A stretch of 64,000 bases of DNA from Tortispora ganteri (lineage: Eukaryota). This document shows positions 9,391 through 19,038 of the stretch, in pieces. Both the position numbers and the translations under genes were made by a program. The notes under the pieces were generated by a model that had not been told where the DNA came from, made no database searches, and saw only the letters and a list, made by a program, of their open reading frames with translations. Within the stretch, counting starts at the first letter, position 1; each line of letters begins with the position of its first letter. The DNA lies in assembly GCA_003707115.1 (NCBI GenBank), contig PPNB01000006.1:1-64000 (forward strand). Reading direction: 5' to 3'.

Positions 9391-11358
9391 TTAGACGTCG
9401 CGTCGACTGATATCACTGTCTCGGCTGTTTCTTCCAGAGAGAAGAGGGCTGGCTGGCCCGTCGCCAGCGTCATTAATGAGATCGCGCTGCAATTCTTCGT
9501 CACCCAAAATACTCTCTATACCTTCACGTTTAATAACCTCAGCTTCTAATTTGCGGCGTGTTACTTTGATATCTGAAACACCATACCATGTTATGCAGGC
9601 CATTCCTAGGAACGCTGCAACGCAAGAAAATACCATGGCTACATAACCCTTGGCAGTAAACCCTGCAGGCAACTCAGGCACGTCTTGTGGTTCACCAGTT
9701 AAATTGAAATAGTCAACAGTGTTACCTGCAGCATTTCCTTCAGTAGGATAGCCACCGGCCTTGCAGACGTCCAAGTGATTTTGAGTAATGTTTTGTGTTG
9801 CACGGATCTGCTCAGGTGCTTCCACAATAACCATAGAAAGTCCCTGGATAATGTGCCATTCAATATGACAATGAAAGAACCATACTCCAGGATTATTATT
9901 GTGCCATCTCATAACCATATAGCCGTTGGGCCTTACGAATGCAGTGTCACGTCTGACAGGATTAGGTCTTTGCTCACCTGGAGAGTCTGGATTGTATGTA
10001 ATGAATACGTTGTCATCATCAGAACCTTCAGATCGTTCCACAAGTTGGTACTGATGTCCGTGTAAATGGAAAGGATGTTTACCGGGATCCTGGTTGTTCA
10101 AAACAATCTGTGCAGTCTTATTGTATTCAAGCACAAACGAGTGGGTAGTCGATCCATAGATTCTGGAGTCGGTAATGACGTCTTCAGGAGCAGAGAAAAG
10201 CGTATACAAAATAGGAACAACAGGCTCAAGATAACTGATGTTGTTAAAAAAGGCGTAATTAGCTCCGTCGGCGCGGGTCTGCATGGTTACATTGACAGTG
10301 ATAGTCTGATCGACCTCGTCATCAGTAATGAGGTCCTGCACAACAAGTGGGGTGAGATAGAAGTCATCAGTCCAGTTCAAATCGTCAAATGATCCCTCCA
10401 AGAGTGCCGGCTCAGGGCGAATGCTGTTGTCCACAGCATCAGTCTCGTAAACAAACCATCCAGTAGTGTTCCAGTTGAGTGTATCGGGCAGAGTATCAAG
10501 CATGTCAAGATCGATTGAGGCAACAAACGGAAAGACAGCCTGGTTAAGCTGTACAAGTTCTTCCTCAGACTTAGTGGTTATCAAAACAGCGTAACGCTGG
10601 GCAACAGTGATGTAGATCATCTCGGACTCATACGGTTCAACATCCACACCATCTACTTCAATGATAGTCATGTTGTGACCCTCAAACCAAATGTATTGAG
10701 ACACAAAGGCTCCATAGTTGATAATGCGGAATTTATAGGTGGTATTAGGTTTGAGACTGTAGGTGACGTTCTGAGAGTCATTGATCAGACCTGAATCGGG
10801 AATAGGTTCAGCACCAGTGGGGTTAGCGACGGAGAGAAATTTCTCTGTAAGGTCGCTCATTAAGTCGTGGTACCACTCAGAGATAGTGAGAGTGAACGAT
10901 TCCTCATACATATCGGCATATGGGTCTTCAGGGTCGTTGATAATTAGAGCAGCACGAATACCGTTAGGGTATTGGCCTTCAGTATGTGAATGCCACCAGT
11001 AGGTACCAGACTGATCTGGGACAGTGAAGTTGTAGAGCATAGTTTCACCGGGAGCAATAGGACATTGAGTAAGACCAGGAGGACCGTCCATAGTATTGGA
11101 ACCTGTTTGGAACAGACCATGAAAATGGATAGAACTGGTTTCGTTACCGAGACCGTTGGTATAGTAGAGGACTATTCTGTCACCTTTTGTTACCTCAATA
11201 ACAGGTGGAGGCCAGACACCGTTAATACCAATAACAGGTCTATTATACATGCCATCGGGGTTGGCATAGACCCATTCACTAGTCCAGTGATATTCATGAG
11301 TCTCTGCGAGCGCGTAAACCGCAGAAAGAGCGGCGATCACAAGAGATTTAGCTAGCAT
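9391..11358 (-). CDS. FET3: Multicopper ferroxidase
   Basis: Signal peptide; Cu motifs HFHG, WWHSH, HPFHLHGH, HCHIEWH; GAEPIP iron-binding Glu; C-terminal TM; paired with FTR1. Confidence 0.95.
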   Translation of the reverse strand: MLAKSLVIAALSAVYALAETHEYHWTSEWVYANPDGMYNRPVIGINGVWPPPVIEVTKGDRIVLYYTNGLGNETSSIHFHGLFQTGSNTMDGPPGLTQCPIAPGETMLYNFTVPDQSGTYWWHSHTEGQYPNGIRAALIINDPEDPYADMYEESFTLTISEWYHDLMSDLTEKFLSVANPTGAEPIPDSGLINDSQNVTYSLKPNTTYKFRIINYGAFVSQYIWFEGHNMTIIEVDGVDVEPYESEMIYITVAQRYAVLITTKSEEELVQLNQAVFPFVASIDLDMLDTLPDTLNWNTTGWFVYETDAVDNSIRPEPALLEGSFDDLNWTDDFYLTPLVVQDLITDDEVDQTITVNVTMQTRADGANYAFFNNISYLEPVVPILYTLFSAPEDVITDSRIYGSTTHSFVLEYNKTAQIVLNNQDPGKHPFHLHGHQYQLVERSEGSDDDNVFITYNPDSPGEQRPNPVRRDTAFVRPNGYMVMRWHNNNPGVWFFHCHIEWHIIQGLSMVIVEAPEQIRATQNITQNHLDVCKAGGYPTEGNAAGNTVDYFNLTGEPQDVPELPAGFTAKGYVAMVFSCVAAFLGMACITWYGVSDIKVTRRKLEAEVIKREGIESILGDEELQRDLINDAGDGPASPLLSGRNSRDSDISRRDV

Positions 11359-11785
11359 GATTTATAGAAACACGGTAGCAAAAGTCGATCGCAGTAGTCG
11401 GAAAGAGAAAAAAAAGCACACACAAACTAGCTGTAGGAGTCAATTAGAAAGAAATACCGTAAGAGAATCCCAAAAAATTGTACTCTAACAGAGAAAACAG
11501 ATTTGTGTAGTGTAAGCGGGGTTCGTGATATGTGACAACGAAACACAAAGGGCCAGCTGATATGTGAGGACAAGCGACTGCGCAAAGAGGACCGCAGGCA
11601 ATGAGAAAGGAATATAAAGAAGAAAAGAAATAAAAACCAAAAAACTGCGGGTTTTAAAAGAGATATATGAAAAGGCACGGAAGAAACAGGATGAGAAATA
11701 GTGCGTAGTGGTAGAAAGAAAAATATGTCGAAAAAGAGTTAGTTGCAAGGCACTAACAGCCTTGGCCTGAAATAAGATTAGAATG

Positions 11786-11794
11786 TTATCAGAT
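11786..11794 (-). promoter_or_regulatory. ATCTGATAA iron-responsive GATA repressor site (SreA/Sfu1/Fep1 type)
   Basis: TTATCAGAT on + strand matches ATCWGATAA; in FET3-FTR1 intergenic region. Confidence 0.65.
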
Positions 11795-12968
11795 TAGATC
11801 AAGGTTCATCCAATAAAAAGCAACAGCGGAGAACCTTAAGAAATGACTAAATATAATTTCTTCCTTATTTCAGAGAGGAAACGGCAGGTTTAGAACAATA
11901 AGGGTTCTACAGTTTTTGTTTCCCTTGAGAATTAAGCCACATATTGGATAATCATAAGTCTTTTGTCTCAAGTCAATTTTTCCATGCACTTTATTGTGGA
12001 ACCGAGTTTCAAAGGCTGCTCGAACAACCGAAAGAAATCAGTCGATACGCTCAAGGTTTGCGCAGTGACTTGCATTGCCAAGCCAATCTCAGCGTATACT
12101 AAATTAGGTATAAGTGCAATGCGAAATTTCCGGGCAGGCAAAATCTCGCAACCTAAATGCTTAAATACCATTAGGTTATTTTTGGTTAACCTTGCGATGA
12201 AACTTAAGCTTAGCTTATTTCACTATTGAATATCAGGTTATTCGAACCAATATCCCCATGATTCACAAATTTCTCCTCAGTTCTGCACAGATCGCAGTGC
12301 AGTCCTCGCTCGCGTAGTTTCAAAATTTTTCAGCGCAAAAACCGTATGAACCCTGCTTATAATAGATGCAACTTTGGCTTCATGATCGATGTAGGCCGTA
12401 GCTGGCTGGCCGTATATTGTATAACTTAAACATTTGGACTGGTTTAATAACCCCTCCCGGTCCAGAACCACGCTAAGTTTTGTAAAATTTGTAACAGCGG
12501 AATTCGTCCAGTTTAGCCATTTGATACTCTTTTTTGAAGCCATCAACTGTTCAGATTAGAGGAATCGGAATATCTCGCTTAGAAGCGCATCGTTAATTTC
12601 CCCTTCATTGCAGTTTGCTGCAAACTTTGTTTCATGTTCAAGGAATCCCTCTGTTACTACATTAGGCATAGATGACTAGTGCGCCAAGGCTTCGGGCCGT
12701 GCAATCCGGATTGAGAACTCTTTTACAATTGTGACGTTTGCCGGATACTTTGAGCGGTACATCGCATATGTGCAATTACAAAGTCACTTCTCTCGTAAAG
12801 TCTTCTGTGTGCCTTCGTCATGTGCCGAAAGTGCCGAAATCTTCACGCGGCATGAAATAAAAAGATTCACGTTTGGAGTTCGGCAGTTATACTCACTAAC
12901 CTTATTTCAATAGGCCAATCGTTCTTGAGCTCAGGATAAGCTTTCCGTTTGGCCATGGGCCAAACTAA

Positions 12969-12977
12969 ATCAGATAA
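12969..12977 (+). promoter_or_regulatory. ATCAGATAA iron-responsive GATA repressor site
   Basis: Exact ATCWGATAA match about 250 bp upstream of FTR1. Confidence 0.65.
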
Positions 12978-13224
12978 CTTACCTGAATAGCCAACCAATA
13001 CTCCACACAAAACCTTAAATAAAGTTCAGTCGTCTTCTCATTTTAGTTCCATGATAAAAATTCCTGTAGTATAGTTTCCCTCCATAAATCAGCTTTTCGT
13101 TCTAATTTCCCCTTTTCTTTTACTGCAGCAGCAAGGTTCCGGTAAAGATCGCACTTTAATTTCCTGGTGTTATATATCCATCTTCTTTCCTCCTTTTGTC
13201 AGTAACTTCTCTTTCACGCACACA

Positions 13225-14409
13225 ATGGTTGACGTGTTTGCACCAGCCGTCTTCTTCATCGTTTTTCGCGAAACCTTAGAGGCTTCAATCATTATTTCAG
13301 TTTTACTCGCCTTTCTCAAACAAAGTATCGCGTCAAATGATGACAATCCGAAGCTTTACAAGACGCTAGTAAAGCAAGTCTGGGTTGGCGGTTTTGCAGG
13401 CCTTGGTATCTGTCTCATCCTTGGAGGTGCTTTCATCGGTGTCTTTTATGGTCTCGGAAGCGATATATGGGGAAGCACTGAAGATATCTGGGAAGGTGTG
13501 TTCTCAATTATCGCCAGTATCATCATTTCCGTTATGGGTCTCGCTATGCTTCGCATGAACAAGATGAAAGCAAAATGGCGTGTTAAAATCGCTAAGGCTA
13601 TCCTTGCCAAAAATGAAACTAATGAGGCCGATATGAGTACAGTATGGAAACGTGTGAAATATAGAATCATTCCGGGTAAGCAGTTCACTTCACGCTATGC
13701 TTTCTTTATCTTGCCATTCGTGACAACTCTCAGAGAAGGTCTCGAAGCCGTGGTATTCATCGGTGGTGTTGGTCTCGCGCTCCCCGCAACTTCATTTCCT
13801 ATTCCTGTTATTACAGGATTCCTTGCCGGTGCAGCTGTCGGTTACTTAATCTATAAGGGTGGTAACTATATGTCAATTCAGATCTTCCTTATCGTTTCAA
13901 CCTGTTTCTTGTACCTCGTTGGCGGCGGTCTTTTCTCCAAGGCTGTGTGGTACTTCGAGAATTACGCATTCTCTCAGCTCACAGGTGGAGATGCATCCGA
14001 AAACGGTAACGGTCCGGGTTCATACGATATCAGGAAGAGTGTATGGCACGTCAACTGCTGCAACCCCGAGACATCCGGAGGATGGATGATTTTCAACGCC
14101 CTTTTCGGTTGGCAAAATTCTGCCACTGTCGGATCTGTTGTCTCATATTGCGCATACTGGATTGCCGTCATGATAGTAATCTTGATCTCTCTATATGCTG
14201 AGAAGAAGGGTGACCTGCCTTTCTTGCCCATGTTCTTGAGAAAGAAATGGTTCTTAAACGCGAAGGATGAGGATCTGGAGGCAGCAGAAATGATCATTCG
14301 TCAAAAGGCAATCAATGTCACGAATGTTAGTAGGAACAATGACGACATAGAACTAAGTGTCAGTGGAAGTTCCTCAAGTGAAGTCGCAAAGAATGACAGC
14401 ACAAATTAG
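13225..14409 (+). CDS. FTR1: High-affinity iron permease
   Basis: Two RExxE motifs (FRETLE, LREGLE), GDASE loop, WHVNCCNP, multi-TM layout. Confidence 0.96.
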   Translation: MVDVFAPAVFFIVFRETLEASIIISVLLAFLKQSIASNDDNPKLYKTLVKQVWVGGFAGLGICLILGGAFIGVFYGLGSDIWGSTEDIWEGVFSIIASIIISVMGLAMLRMNKMKAKWRVKIAKAILAKNETNEADMSTVWKRVKYRIIPGKQFTSRYAFFILPFVTTLREGLEAVVFIGGVGLALPATSFPIPVITGFLAGAAVGYLIYKGGNYMSIQIFLIVSTCFLYLVGGGLFSKAVWYFENYAFSQLTGGDASENGNGPGSYDIRKSVWHVNCCNPETSGGWMIFNALFGWQNSATVGSVVSYCAYWIAVMIVILISLYAEKKGDLPFLPMFLRKKWFLNAKDEDLEAAEMIIRQKAINVTNVSRNNDDIELSVSGSSSSEVAKNDSTN

Positions 14410-14466
14410 TTTTACCAGAATCCTCCCTTTTATACTCTTTTGTTCTCATGTATAATGAAATAACTT

Positions 14467-15615
14467 TTATATCTTTTGTGCTACCCAGAAGGTTGTAGAA
14501 TATTTTGAATGTAGCAGTGATTCGTTGTTGTGAGAATATGTGGTGCTTGATTCAGCTATTTCCAGAAGGGAAAACCGTTCCTTAGTATATATCATTACCT
14601 CCTCTTTGGTTAATGGTAAATAGAGTCGGTCTGCATGGATATTTTCTGCATCTTTAGCGTCGATGCATACTCCATCAGGATGTTCATGCCACATAAAAGG
14701 ACCGTGATTAATCCAGTACCCGCCTGGCTTGAGAATCTCATAAATCTTATCTATGTAGGTCACTGCGCACGGCGCAGTATCAATGAAAAAACATGTGACT
14801 ATACAATCCCACTCTGATTTAGAGTAAGTCTCCAAAAAATCACCAGAGGTTAGGCTCAGCAAAGGCTCTCCATTATGTACTCCAGGCATTAGATCGTCTT
14901 GAGAGGGAATGATATCAGGGAATGTGACTGGCCGAAGCAAAGTTTCTGCACTTTTTGTATTTCGAAAGCTATGTATGTACGGGTAAATAGTGTGTCTTTT
15001 CGTACATGCGTTGAATATGTACATGGTCCAAGCAATCATGTGGTAGGAAAACTCGTTCCCTTGTACCTGATAGCCGGTACGAGCCAGGTCGTACACTAGT
15101 CTAGCTAGTCCGCACCCAGGTACAAGAATTCTGACAGAGTTGCGGTCATTGTGTTGAAACAATGTCTCGATGGCGTTCACGATAGGAGTGAAAGTGCGTT
15201 TGCGTTCCAATTCTCCTTCTGAAGACCAGTCTCTAGCGAGCAGGGCTAGTGTGGGGACGACCTTGTCGTCGTCTAAGGGACAGACAGGTAGTGACTCGAA
15301 CGACTTTGAATTTATATATTCAGGAGTGTATTGACTAAGACACATCTGCAGTGGCGCTTGAAGGCATTCCAGAAGCACATGATGGTTGAGGTCTATGTGC
15401 TGCTTGATCTGCTCCAGTAGCGATAGATGACGTTCGAACAACGCCGAGTTTAAGATTCCCTTGATAGCCGCAAACCTCTTCCAAGAGGCTAATTGTGCAT
15501 CTAAGCTCGCAGTCCAAGTTTCTCCGTAATCAAAGAAACTGCGAAACGATGTCAATAGGACATCCAAATCATCACCCTGATCGTCTAGTGGGCCACTGTT
15601 TTCACATGTATCCAT
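14467..15615 (-). CDS. Carnosine N-methyltransferase-like SAM methyltransferase (N2227/YNL092W family)
   Basis: RDWSSEG, LVPGCGLARL, GNEFSYHM, GDF, FFIDTA, WINHGP motifs. Confidence 0.88.
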   Translation of the reverse strand: MDTCENSGPLDDQGDDLDVLLTSFRSFFDYGETWTASLDAQLASWKRFAAIKGILNSALFERHLSLLEQIKQHIDLNHHVLLECLQAPLQMCLSQYTPEYINSKSFESLPVCPLDDDKVVPTLALLARDWSSEGELERKRTFTPIVNAIETLFQHNDRNSVRILVPGCGLARLVYDLARTGYQVQGNEFSYHMIAWTMYIFNACTKRHTIYPYIHSFRNTKSAETLLRPVTFPDIIPSQDDLMPGVHNGEPLLSLTSGDFLETYSKSEWDCIVTCFFIDTAPCAVTYIDKIYEILKPGGYWINHGPFMWHEHPDGVCIDAKDAENIHADRLYLPLTKEEVMIYTKERFSLLEIAESSTTYSHNNESLLHSKYSTTFWVAQKI

Positions 15616-15864
15616 TAGTAGCCAGTTAGGAATTCGTCTAGCAACAAATTATTGTTTAATAAAAAGAAGCCAAAAAAAACACAACAGGAATAAAAAGAGA
15701 GAGAAATCAAGTGGTTAAAGATAAACACTGCTGCTTAACGGAATTGCAGTCAGTTTGACGTGCGTATATACTAAGAGTAACTTTTGGTCTTGTTATGGGT
15801 AACTGTATTACCGTTTATAAAGTGATCTTACCGTGACAAGAGCAGTCTGATCAGCGGCTGAATT

Positions 15865-16659
15865 ATGGCCAATTCGAGGTTCGAGTACGTTAAAGCTTAC
15901 GAACGAGATGATTCGCTACTTCCTGGCACGTATATTGTTGTGAGGATTGATGGACGAGGGTTCCACCGGTTATCTAAGCGGTACGAGTTTACGAAACCGA
16001 ACGATTTGCGGGCGCTAGAGCTGATGAACGAATCAGCTGTTAGTGTAATGAAAGAGATCTCTGATATTGTGATTGCATATGGCGACTCTGACGAATATTC
16101 ATTTGTATTTAAACGGAATACACAGTTTTTTGGTCGCCGAGAGTGCAAACTGGTCTCAACTGTATGTAGTATCTTCACAGCTCACTATGTGTACAGCTGG
16201 AGCAAACATTTCAAGTACGCGCTTGAACCTGAGATGTTGCCATCATTTGACTCGCGAGCTGTGCTGTATCCATCTGTGAAGGAGCTACGCGATTACCTGA
16301 GTTGGAGACAGGCGGACTGTCACATCAACAACCTATACAATACGATATTTTGGGCGTTAGTGCTGAAGAAAGGATTGAGCGAGAATGAAGCCAACAAAGC
16401 GCTAGAAGGCACATTTTCAAGTGACAAAAACGAGATACTATTTTCAGAGTTTGGTATAAACTACAATAACGAACCTGAGATCTTTAGAAAAGGTACCGTT
16501 CTCGTGAAGACGCAGAATGTAAAGGATATTGAGAGCACGATGTCTGAGCGACAGAAAGCTAGAACTGCGTACAAGAATGCAAAGATAGAAATAGAAAAAC
16601 TTCACTGCGATATAATCAGAAACGATTTCTGGGAAGAAAGGGCATACCTTTTAATTTAA
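15865..16659 (+). CDS. THG1: tRNA(His) guanylyltransferase
   Basis: MANSRFEYVK, VRIDGRGFH, YGDSDEYSF, WRQADCHINNLYN. Confidence 0.97.
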   Translation: MANSRFEYVKAYERDDSLLPGTYIVVRIDGRGFHRLSKRYEFTKPNDLRALELMNESAVSVMKEISDIVIAYGDSDEYSFVFKRNTQFFGRRECKLVSTVCSIFTAHYVYSWSKHFKYALEPEMLPSFDSRAVLYPSVKELRDYLSWRQADCHINNLYNTIFWALVLKKGLSENEANKALEGTFSSDKNEILFSEFGINYNNEPEIFRKGTVLVKTQNVKDIESTMSERQKARTAYKNAKIEIEKLHCDIIRNDFWEERAYLLI

Positions 16660-16885
16660 TATGGTAGTGTAAGTATACTGCACTGGCCATTATAAACTAA
16701 AAAAAAACTACCTACGACGTTTACGATATTATACTAATTTGACATCTCATGATATTTCAAAATATCTAGACATAGAAATCATTTCCTGCGCAGGAAAGAA
16801 GTAAGACATTAATCTGTAAAACATTACAGACAAAGAAGAACAGGGGAGAGAATGGGTGTGTGGGGGCGTATCAGTGTGTAACTGC

Positions 16886-17350
16886 TTATTTCTTCTTGGT
16901 GACACCAACAGTCTTGCCACGACGACCAGTAGTCTTAGTGTGCTGTCCACGAACACGCAATCCCCAATAGTGTCGGAGACCACGATGAGCACGGATCTTC
17001 TTGAGACGTTCAAGGTCCTCACGAAGTTTGTTGTCGATCTGGTTAGCTAAGACATGGTTGTCCTTACCGTCAACAATATCCTTCTGTCTGTTAAGGAACC
17101 ATGCGGGAATACGGTAGTTGGTAGGGTTCTGTACAATGTTGACAATGCGTTCAAGCTCTTCGACAGTGAGCTCACCAGCACGCTTGTTAAGATCAACGTC
17201 AGCCTTCTTGCAGACTAGGTTGGCATATCGGCGGCCGATACCACGAATGGTGGTAAGAGCGTACATAATCTTGATGTTTCCATCAACGTTAGTGTTCAAC
17301 AAACGCAAAATGTGCTGGAATGTGCCCTTCTCTTGTATTACGAGGGTCAT
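16886..17350 (-). CDS. RPS18: 40S ribosomal protein S18 (uS13), intronless
   Basis: [14 protein letters not shown]...[22 protein letters not shown]. Confidence 0.98.
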   Translation of the reverse strand: MTLVIQEKGTFQHILRLLNTNVDGNIKIMYALTTIRGIGRRYANLVCKKADVDLNKRAGELTVEELERIVNIVQNPTNYRIPAWFLNRQKDIVDGKDNHVLANQIDNKLREDLERLKKIRAHRGLRHYWGLRVRGQHTKTTGRRGKTVGVTKKK

Positions 17351-17441
17351 TTTAGTTGTATGTGTAAGTTCGTTTCGAAGTGGATGGGTGCTTGTTCCTG
17401 CGTGCGTAGCGTGTATTAGGGAGCGGATTCAAACTAATTTG

Positions 17442-17491
17442 TGTGACTGTTGTTTGGTTGCTATAACAATACTTTAAACCCTTATAGGGTT
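17442..17491 (-). promoter_or_regulatory. RPS18 promoter cassette: Homol-D, GTTGCTATAACAATA, inverted ACCCT/AGGGT pair
   Basis: TGTGACTG 17442-17449; GTTGCTATAACAATA 17457-17471; AACCCTTATAGGGTT 17477-17491; same layout upstream of RPS5. Confidence 0.7.
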
Positions 17492-17699
17492 GAATTTTAG
17501 TACGTTTGGAAATTTGCCATTAAGCCGGGTAACTACAACTGCCTGTTCATACCCTCTGCCCTAGTGCCCGTCCAAGCTCCGACTCATCATCCACTCCCCC
17601 CCTTCCCCACAGAAAACCAAGCGTTTCCATATAAAAGAAGCGATATTGTACTGTTTGGTTTAATTGCTACCATAAAAGCACACAATTAACAGTACATTA

Positions 17700-18518
17700 A
17701 TGCCTGCATTACTGAGAACCAAGCATGTGTTTCGTGCCGGGGTACGATCATTGTCTACCATTATCAAGACCGAAGTGCCTACAGCTTCGAACGGCACAAT
17801 TACAGTGCTGAAATTCAACCGGCCTGAAGCGAAGAACGCAATTTCATTGAAATTAAATGACGAACTGAGGGAATGTGTGCTTGATATTGCGACGGGTCGG
17901 ACTATCCCGCAAGCTCTCATTCTTGCGTCAAATGTACCCAAGATCTTCTGCGCTGGTGCTGATCTGAAGGAGCGTCGTTCTTTTACCCCGGCGGACACTG
18001 CAGCATTTTTACAGCAACTGAACTCGACGCTCGACATCCTTGAAGACCTCGAGATACCTACATTGACTGCAATTGACGGTCTCGCGCTTGGCGGTGGTCT
18101 GGAGATCGCGCTGGCGACAGATTTCAGAGTACTCTCGACCACCTCAGCTGTGGGTCTCCCCGAGACTAAACTCGCTATTCTTCCTGGTGCCGGTGGTACG
18201 AAACGTCTGCCGAAGGTTGTTGGCCATACTAGAGCACTAGAGGCTGTTCTCACAGGCAGACGTATTCCTGCAGAGGAAGCACTCCAATGGGGTCTTGCTA
18301 CTGCTGTAGCAGCCGACTCTTTACAAAAAGCGATCGAAATTGCGCAAAATATCTGCGAAGGAGGCCCTATTGGTGTCCGCGCCGCTAAAAAGGCTGTAGT
18401 AGGTGGAACTGGCGCCTGGGCCGAAGCTATGTACCAGCGTGTGCTGCCGACTAAGGACCGCGTTGAGGCTCTTGTTGCGTTCGCAGAGAAGCGCAAACCT
18501 AACTTCAAAGGCGAATAG
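17700..18518 (+). CDS. Mitochondrial crotonase, methylglutaconyl-CoA hydratase (AUH)-like
   Basis: Basic presequence; FCAGADLKER, ALGGGLEIAL, GLPETKLAILPGAGGT, FAEKRKPNFKGE. Confidence 0.85.
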   Translation: MPALLRTKHVFRAGVRSLSTIIKTEVPTASNGTITVLKFNRPEAKNAISLKLNDELRECVLDIATGRTIPQALILASNVPKIFCAGADLKERRSFTPADTAAFLQQLNSTLDILEDLEIPTLTAIDGLALGGGLEIALATDFRVLSTTSAVGLPETKLAILPGAGGTKRLPKVVGHTRALEAVLTGRRIPAEEALQWGLATAVAADSLQKAIEIAQNICEGGPIGVRAAKKAVVGGTGAWAEAMYQRVLPTKDRVEALVAFAEKRKPNFKGE

Positions 18519-18853
18519 CGGCACACTTATAGCACGCGAAAGATTAAAGAAAAGACATATAAAGAGCATTTATGGTCGCACAACATATTGATGCCGATAC
18601 GTCGATCGGCGTAGAACACATGCAGCGGAGTACTTTGACTTCTTTGTGACTGCACGGTCAGAATGCTGATAAAACGGCTGTTTCAGCATAACAAACTGCC
18701 GAAAATGAGGCCGTTGGATTGGTCGGTTATTCGGCTAGTTGATAGTGACACATACAGGATTTATGTTTGAAGCTACACGATTCCGGAAGTAAAAATTACA
18801 GTATGATGACGATCTGTAACTATTGGCCAATCAGAAGCCACCGAAGACTTTAA

Positions 18854-18860
18854 GAGTCAT
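18854..18860 (-). promoter_or_regulatory. Gcn4-type site upstream of LEU4
   Basis: GAGTCAT (= ATGACTC) about 180 bp upstream of an amino-acid biosynthesis gene. Confidence 0.45.
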
Positions 18861-19038
18861 AGAGAAAAAGTGCACCTTAAAAGTTTAAATTCGATCTCGA
18901 GATTTCTTCGACCACCTCATAAATAAATTTCTCATACGCCAAATTTATTGTCTTTTACCAACGTCAATAGTTGGTTTTATATTGTACAACACCTATATTT
19001 TTAGCAGAATTTACGCGAGGTAACTGCTAAGATCCGTC

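Noticed and set aside
11427..12913. Several 60-89 aa ORFs between FET3 and FTR1
   Set aside because: Mostly non-ATG starts, low complexity, mutually overlapping and motif-free; consistent with UTR and promoter DNA
17660..18526. 288-aa antisense ORF covering the crotonase gene
   Set aside because: Antisense shadow of a well-supported gene; S/A/R-rich with no motif
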